Below are positions 58,455-64,000 of a DNA stretch of 64,000 nt, piece by piece. Position 1 is the first letter of the stretch, and the number at the start of each line of letters is the position of its first letter. The position numbers were made by a program, and so were the translations under genes. Source of the DNA: Longimicrobiales bacterium (GTDB lineage Bacteria; Gemmatimonadota; Gemmatimonadetes; Longimicrobiales; Gaopeijiaceae); contig CBDFMQ010000001.1 in the NCBI GenBank assembly GCA_965249725.1, forward strand, positions 96,001 to 160,000, read 5' to 3'. Below the pieces are notes generated by a model that was not told where the DNA came from, searched no databases, and saw only the letters and a list, made by a program, of their open reading frames with translations.

Positions 58455-58952
58455 CTAGTTCACCACCTTCATCGCGACGATCTCGACTTCGACGAGCAAC
58501 GCCGGATTGAAGAGGGCTTTGATTTCGACGAAGGTTCGGGCCGGCGTCCAACCGCCCTCGCCCCGCTGAAAGTACTTCGCGTATGCCCGGTTGAAGCCGG
58601 CAGAGTCCATGGTGCCGTCCTCTCCCGCTACGCCGTAGACGTTCATTCTGACGACGTTGTGCAGGGACCACCCACGCGCTTCGAGGCGATTCTTGAAACC
58701 CTCCAGGATGGCGGTGCCCTGAGCCTCCATGTCACCGGCCATGCATCCAGGCGTGCCGCGCTGTTCTCTCGAGCAGCCCTCCGGGTACGCGAAGTTGATG
58801 GAGCCTGAGTAGAACAGAGTCTCGGCGTTCGCAGGCACGATGAAACCGCCGTCCCCGCCTTTCTGGAACTCCTGAGCGTTCGCGGTCGCGGGCAGGAGTG
58901 CCGCGAGGAGCAGTGTCGCTGCCAGAGAGAGCGTTCTTACGAATCTCGCCAT
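58455..58952 (-). CDS. RidA/YjgF family protein with signal peptide
   Basis: L..SG, Q....L, FN..Y..YF, PART.V, L....LVEVE. Confidence 0.85.
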   Translation of the reverse strand: MARFVRTLSLAATLLLAALLPATANAQEFQKGGDGGFIVPANAETLFYSGSINFAYPEGCSREQRGTPGCMAGDMEAQGTAILEGFKNRLEARGWSLHNVVRMNVYGVAGEDGTMDSAGFNRAYAKYFQRGEGGWTPARTFVEIKALFNPALLVEVEIVAMKVVN

Positions 58953-59133
58953 GTGTACCTCGGATTCCGGTGTCTAGAGGAGCGGCCGTGGGCTGCGAAT
59001 CGCCGACTCTCATTGTAGGAGTTCGACGCTTTGGTACGGGCGGCTGCTAGGGTAGATCGGTGCGTCGGGTGACACAAGGAGCGAACGTGCCTGATGTGGC
59101 CCCCAGGCCGGCGCAGCGCACGAGGGTGCTGAA

Positions 59134-60135
59134 CTACCCGGCGCTGAACTCCTCGAATCGCTGGTTCCCGATGCGATAGCGACGCCAGTCCTTGTAGTCG
59201 AAATGCCACCACTCCGCGTCATACACGGTGAAGTCCTGAGCCTCCATGGCCTCACGGAGCAACTCCCTATGCCAACGCTGTCGCGCCGTCCCTCCCGCAT
59301 AGTCAGGGAACGAGCGGGGAGACATCTCGTCGTATCCCCCGGTCATGGTGATGGGTGTTCCCGTCTCGAGGTCATAGAGCGTGAGATCAACCGCGCAGCC
59401 ACGATTGTGTCTCGACCCGTTTTCCGGATTCGCGACGAATATCCTCAGCTCCTCCGGCGTTGCCTCCCAGAACATTTTCGTCACGTACCAGGGACGGTAT
59501 CCATCATGCACCAGCAGGCCGTACCCGCGCTCTGCCAGCCAACGGTTCGCTCGCACGAGGGCCTCCGCGGCCGGCCGCTGCAGGAAGGCTCTCGGCTCCG
59601 AATAGAAGACCTCGCCCATGAAGTTGTTCGTGCTGGCGTACCGGACATCCAAGGCGATGGTTGGATCGAGGGTCACGAGTTCTACGAGGTCGGAGGCGAG
59701 GAAGTCTCCTGATCCCTCCGGAGGATTCGAGTTCAGGGCCTCCTCGAGGAGCTCTTCAGGGGCCCTGATCGGCGTAATCTGGAACGTGCCACCGTCCTCT
59801 GAGCCCAACGACAGTCGCGCGAAGGTACGGTCGTCTATCGAGAGACTCGCTATCCGGCTGCCACCCCGGACGGCCACGTCCACGGCGGCGTCCGTCTGGA
59901 ACGTGGTGTCGGTCACCGCGGTGAGGGGGAGTCTCTCTCCATGCCAGAAGAGCAGCGAGAGCCCTCCGTCCTCTTCGAGGACCGACACGGTGTCGCCCCC
60001 GTCTGCGTACTCTCCGATGTAGGGGCGCCAGGCATCGACGATGTCCGGGGGGGCTACGGAGGGGGGAGCATCCGGGGTGATGTCTTCGCCCGCGCAGGCG
60101 ACCACCAGGTAGACGAGCAGCCAGGTCTTCTTCAT
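59134..60135 (-). CDS. D-Ala-D-Ala dipeptidase (M15D, VanX/DdpX-like) lipoprotein
   Basis: VVA-C lipobox; RYA..NNF, DGYRP, SRHNRGCAVD, EWWHF. Confidence 0.9.
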   Translation of the reverse strand: MKKTWLLVYLVVACAGEDITPDAPPSVAPPDIVDAWRPYIGEYADGGDTVSVLEEDGGLSLLFWHGERLPLTAVTDTTFQTDAAVDVAVRGGSRIASLSIDDRTFARLSLGSEDGGTFQITPIRAPEELLEEALNSNPPEGSGDFLASDLVELVTLDPTIALDVRYASTNNFMGEVFYSEPRAFLQRPAAEALVRANRWLAERGYGLLVHDGYRPWYVTKMFWEATPEELRIFVANPENGSRHNRGCAVDLTLYDLETGTPITMTGGYDEMSPRSFPDYAGGTARQRWHRELLREAMEAQDFTVYDAEWWHFDYKDWRRYRIGNQRFEEFSAG

Positions 60136-60235
60136 GACACATGCTCGGCACTGGGGAAGGACGTCGCAAGGAGCCCCGTAGGCCCGACTGGCCTCGTGGG
60201 CTAGATGCCGTTGCGACTATAGATGGCCTCGCGGG

Positions 60236-61336
60236 TTACATGGCCCAGTTGTCCGCCCAGGCGTTGGGATAGGTTGCCAGCCCGCCGAAGGAGTCGAGCG
60301 CATTGGCGATGTGACAGGAGTTGTAGTAGATGCGCTTGGTTCCGTTGCCGATGGCGTTCGTGCCCATCGCGGCCGCGATCGAGTCCGGGTTGGCGCCCAG
60401 TTTGACGTTGAGCCCCGTCACCAGCGCCCCGGCTATGCCGATGTTGCCGTTTCCGGTCGTCATGCCGCCCGTCAGAATGATGCCTTCCCAGTCCTTGCTA
60501 CCGCTCATGGTCAGGTCACCCGTCACGATGAGCGTGCCGCGCCCGTCGCCCGGTAGCGTGAAGTTGCCCGTGACCAAGATGACCGGCCAGTAGTTGGGGT
60601 CTGAGAACGACGGCCACGACCCGCCGGGGATGGCGATGTCTGGGGTGAGGGCCGCGCCGGCTATGATTCCCGCCCAGTCGATGGAAACCGAGTCGGAGAA
60701 CTCGGAGACGGTCCCCATGTCCTCGATGGGGGGAGAGCCGCTGGGCACGCTGCTGCCGCCACTCTGTGTGTACCCGGGGCTGGTGGGCACGGCCATGCCG
60801 GCGAGGTCTGTCTCGACCCCGCACTGATCGGCTCCGTCGATCGTGCCCGATCCGCCATTCTTATGGAACCCCGTGAGGGCGCTCACGGCGGCGCCCACGT
60901 CGAGCGTTGCTGTGCTCCAGCGAGCGTATTGGGCGACGGTGCGTGCTGCCCGGGGTACGTCGGGAAGCTCGGGATCCGTGGTCACCCCACGTGACCGAAC
61001 CACGTAAAGCGCGGGAGACCCTCCCACGCTGGGCCGGATCCGCTGGAGCACCACGTCGGCCACCCCTCCGGGCAGCGTGACCTGGATCGATTCCTGGACC
61101 GCCGGCGGCGAGCTGGTGAAGCCGAACGAGTCCCGTGAGACGAGAAACAACTCCAGGCCCGACTGTGCGACCCCGAAAGCCCGGATCTCGTCCCGGGAGT
61201 TGTCGACGAACCGACTCTCAGAGGAGACCACCATGAACGACGCGGTAACCGTGATCGTCAGCATCGCGATGAGGAAGACCGCCATCGGTAGTGCGATCCC
61301 GTCCGAGTTTTTCGAGTTGGACACTGTAGGCTTCAT
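60236..61336 (-). CDS. PilX-like type IV pilus minor pilin
   Basis: DG-IALPMAV hydrophobic N-terminus lacking Glu5; A...A.SGLE. Confidence 0.8.
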   Translation of the reverse strand: MKPTVSNSKNSDGIALPMAVFLIAMLTITVTASFMVVSSESRFVDNSRDEIRAFGVAQSGLELFLVSRDSFGFTSSPPAVQESIQVTLPGGVADVVLQRIRPSVGGSPALYVVRSRGVTTDPELPDVPRAARTVAQYARWSTATLDVGAAVSALTGFHKNGGSGTIDGADQCGVETDLAGMAVPTSPGYTQSGGSSVPSGSPPIEDMGTVSEFSDSVSIDWAGIIAGAALTPDIAIPGGSWPSFSDPNYWPVILVTGNFTLPGDGRGTLIVTGDLTMSGSKDWEGIILTGGMTTGNGNIGIAGALVTGLNVKLGANPDSIAAAMGTNAIGNGTKRIYYNSCHIANALDSFGGLATYPNAWADNWAM

Positions 61337-61338
61337 GG

Positions 61339-62175
61339 TCAGTTACTCCGGTTCTTGAAGAACACGGCGGCGGTCAAATCGAACGTCACCGGGCTCGATT
61401 GCCCTTGGGGTGTCACCTCGCTGGCACCGTTGAGAAAGAGGTGCATACCTCGCAGGTCAGCGAGGTCGACCGGAGGAGAGACTTGGGGCGCAGACCCGTT
61501 GAGCACGTAGAACTGAAACCCCGCGGTCGTGTCGAACGGTGCGGCGATCTCCTCTGGGACGCCTGTGACCTGAGGCGTCCTCCAGAGCCCCACTCTTCCC
61601 GGGATCACGGCGGAGCTATCGAACTGGTAGGTCAGGGTCTGGTAAAGGAACACAGGGGTCCCCGCAGGTGCCGTGGTAGCGGGACTCACGCCGAGCACCT
61701 GCCCGCCGAATAGGGTAGTAATGGACTCTGCGGCGCACGCAGATGCGCTCCCGGTTCCCAGGCTGATGCCTGCCTCGTACGTGTAGTCCCCCAGAGTTGT
61801 CCTCCACGCGTAGCCCGAGACCTGCGCGTTGGAAACCGCGGCGGAGTCCGTCGGCAGCAGGCTCACCGTGGTCGTGGAGCCCGATGTGCCGCAAACGATG
61901 CCGAAGCGGTAGGGCACACGAAGGCGCACACTCTTCGCACTGGCGCTTTCCACACCGCCCGAGACCTCGACCATGCGTAGCTCGGACAGCAGGAAATTCA
62001 GGGTGCCCTGTGACACCGCACGAGCGCTTCGCACGGCCTCTTGCCGGTTCGTGAAATTCGACTGGACGAGCAAGAGTCTCATGAGCGACGATCCGATTAG
62101 ACCGACGAGGACCATCGTGATCAGCATCTCGACCAATGTAAATCCCGCCCGCGCCCGTGATCTCTCGGCGTTCAT
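61339..62175 (-). CDS. PilW-like prepilin
   Basis: AG|FTLVEMLI class III signal. Confidence 0.85.
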   Translation of the reverse strand: MNAERSRARAGFTLVEMLITMVLVGLIGSSLMRLLLVQSNFTNRQEAVRSARAVSQGTLNFLLSELRMVEVSGGVESASAKSVRLRVPYRFGIVCGTSGSTTTVSLLPTDSAAVSNAQVSGYAWRTTLGDYTYEAGISLGTGSASACAAESITTLFGGQVLGVSPATTAPAGTPVFLYQTLTYQFDSSAVIPGRVGLWRTPQVTGVPEEIAAPFDTTAGFQFYVLNGSAPQVSPPVDLADLRGMHLFLNGASEVTPQGQSSPVTFDLTAAVFFKNRSN

Positions 62176-62570
62176 TGGCCGAACGGGTTGGCGGTGGTCG
62201 GCTTCGTGCGCCGCAGGACTATCGTGTCGGCCGCCACCAATGGTGTGGCCGGTTGGATCACGACCGTGACCCTGCGGACCTTGGGTGCGAGGTCCGTGAT
62301 CGAGACGCAACTCCGATGGGGAAAGACCGATGAGATGACGGTGTCGCAACCGGCTACGGAGGGGAGCGAATCGAACGGCAGCACGGTCAGGCGACCGGAC
62401 ATGGACGTCATGGCGCCGGTCCTGTGCATCTCCACGGTGGATCGGACCGAGCGGGAGGCCACCTGGTAGGACATGCCGGCGAGCGGAAGGAGCACGACCG
62501 CGAGAAGCGTGAGTGCTACGACTGCCTCGACGAGTACGAATCCTTCACGTGCGAGCTGTAGCGTCTTCAT
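62172..62570 (-). CDS. PilV-like prepilin
   Basis: EG|FVLVEAVV class III signal; ATGA overlap. Confidence 0.82.
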   Translation of the reverse strand: MKTLQLAREGFVLVEAVVALTLLAVVLLPLAGMSYQVASRSVRSTVEMHRTGAMTSMSGRLTVLPFDSLPSVAGCDTVISSVFPHRSCVSITDLAPKVRRVTVVIQPATPLVAADTIVLRRTKPTTANPFGQ

Positions 62571-63010
62571 CGTGCAATCACGCGGACCATGCCCGCCCTC
62601 ATCATCTGTACGCGTCGATCGTACGAGTTCGCGGCGAGCGTCACGGTGAGGGCGCTCGAGGCGATGCCCGACGGTGCGATGTCGATGGTCGAAGGGACGA
62701 AGGTCGCGGTGGGCAGTTTGAACTCGCTCAGGTCGCGCGTATGTAGCAGCGTTCCGGTCGCGGCGTCCGTAAACGTGTAGCTGGCCAGGTCGCTCCGGTA
62801 CGTAACGCGCACCGGACGACGCTGTCTGGACGCGAGCGACGATGCCAGCCGCAGATCCATTGCCACCACGGCCGTGCCTCGGTTCACGCCCGCGTGTCTG
62901 ATGGACTCTGCGGCGGGAGGCATCACCGCGGACGCGAGGATGCCGAAGGCGGCGACACCCGCGGTCACTTCCAGGAGACTGAACCCCTGTTTCGAACGTC
63001 GATTGCTCAT
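62567..63010 (-). CDS. FimT/GspH-like prepilin
   Basis: QG|FSLLEV; DLRLA.S.A....RPV. Confidence 0.82.
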   Translation of the reverse strand: MSNRRSKQGFSLLEVTAGVAAFGILASAVMPPAAESIRHAGVNRGTAVVAMDLRLASSLASRQRRPVRVTYRSDLASYTFTDAATGTLLHTRDLSEFKLPTATFVPSTIDIAPSGIASSALTVTLAANSYDRRVQMMRAGMVRVIAR

Positions 63011-63443
63011 TTTCGGCCTCGGTCTGTCAAGTTTCTTTACGTCCGGCAGTGCCACCGCGTCCGCGGGGCCCGCCGTGCCCGTCAGAGTCACTTTGCTCAG
63101 TGGCGAGATCCGTGCCGTCGACGTTTTTCAGGGAAGACGGGCCTCCTCGCATTTTCGCCCAATGTGGACAAGTGAAGCAGATGCCCAACTTCGACATTGA
63201 TTACCGTTTCGATATGAAAACTGTGGAAAACTCGGGCTCAGGGGCGACGTGAAGGCCCGACGGGGCGGTGCCCGCCGCTCTGCGCCGGAGGTGATTCTCG
63301 GATCGCCCCGGAGGTGATCTGGTGGATGGAATGGTGCGAGAGCCCCGCGGACTTCCTACATTCTTGCCGCGGGGCCCACGTATCGGTTGTCCTTCACTTC
63401 GGGACCACCGATCGGAGGGTGTTCACTGACGACAGTCGAGTCC

Positions 63444-64000
63444 ATGACGCGATCCAACGACCAAGAAATTCTGGATGGGTGGAAGGATGAGCCCGCGCCG
63501 CTCCTCCCGATCCTGCAGGCTCTGCATGATCGAGATGGGTATCTGTCCGAAGAGGCGTTGAGGGCCGTGGCGGTGGGGCTCCGCATCCCGATCGCCGACC
63601 TGTTCGGGACGGTGACGTTCTACCACCACTTCTCTCGCGAGCCGGGCGGCCTCCACGCTCCGAGGGTGTGCACGGGCCCCATCTGCAAAATGAGGGGGGC
63701 CGACGCGGTGGTCGCCGGCCTCGACGGCGCGACGCCCATGCCCTGCTCAGGCCGATGTGACGATCCGATCCCTGTCTTGAGAGGCCACGAGACGCTGGTG
63801 GGGCCCTCTGCCGACAGCCTCGAGTCTCGACCGTCACCCTTGCCGCCGGCAGCACCCGAGGGTGTCGAGGAGTGTGTCTTCTCTGGCATCCGCGAGCCCG
63901 GTCGCGCAAGCCTGGACGGCTACGAGAACACGGGTGGGTATGACGCTCTCAGGTCTGTCGTCGAGAAGAATCCGGAAGAGCTGCTCCAGCTGATCGCCGA
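63444..64000 (+). CDS. NuoE-NuoF-like fused diaphorase subunit, runs off the window end (not in the ORF track)
   Basis: MTRSNDQEIL...LLPILQALH...GYL...VTFYHHF...VCTGPIC...CSGRC then Y...GGY.AL. Confidence 0.85.
   Translation, partial: MTRSNDQEILDGWKDEPAPLLPILQALHDRDGYLSEEALRAVAVGLRIPIADLFGTVTFYHHFSREPGGLHAPRVCTGPICKMRGADAVVAGLDGATPMPCSGRCDDPIPVLRGHETLVGPSADSLESRPSPLPPAAPEGVEECVFSGIREPGRASLDGYENTGGYDALRSVVEKNPEELLQLIA

Overview
GC-rich bacterial DNA, mostly housekeeping and accessory genes. Gene content and style suggest Gemmatimonadota, which is inference only. I found no rRNA, tRNA, CRISPR array or intact mobile element. The first ~745 bp is phage-like and abuts a 5'-truncated ABC ATPase. 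Main loci: YbhFSR-like ABC exporter; Tat-exported PaoABC-like molybdo-flavoenzyme followed by a membrane cytochrome b; DNA-repair genes (AlkA-family, SPL-like radical SAM, Fpg/Nei); sixA/ppk1 and a CHAD gene; fhs; a heme-lipoprotein/barrel-cupredoxin/cupredoxin cluster beside a P1B ATPase; a DtxR-FeoA fusion with feoB; minor pilins; and the start of a NuoE/F fusion. The strongest hidden signal is a DUF3179-type gene split by an in-frame TGA in a U-x-x-C motif with a downstream SECIS-like hairpin, a probable secreted selenoprotein that the ORF track shows as two ORFs. There are also several candidate operators and many gene remnants or frameshifts. All family calls come from motif recognition, not database searches.
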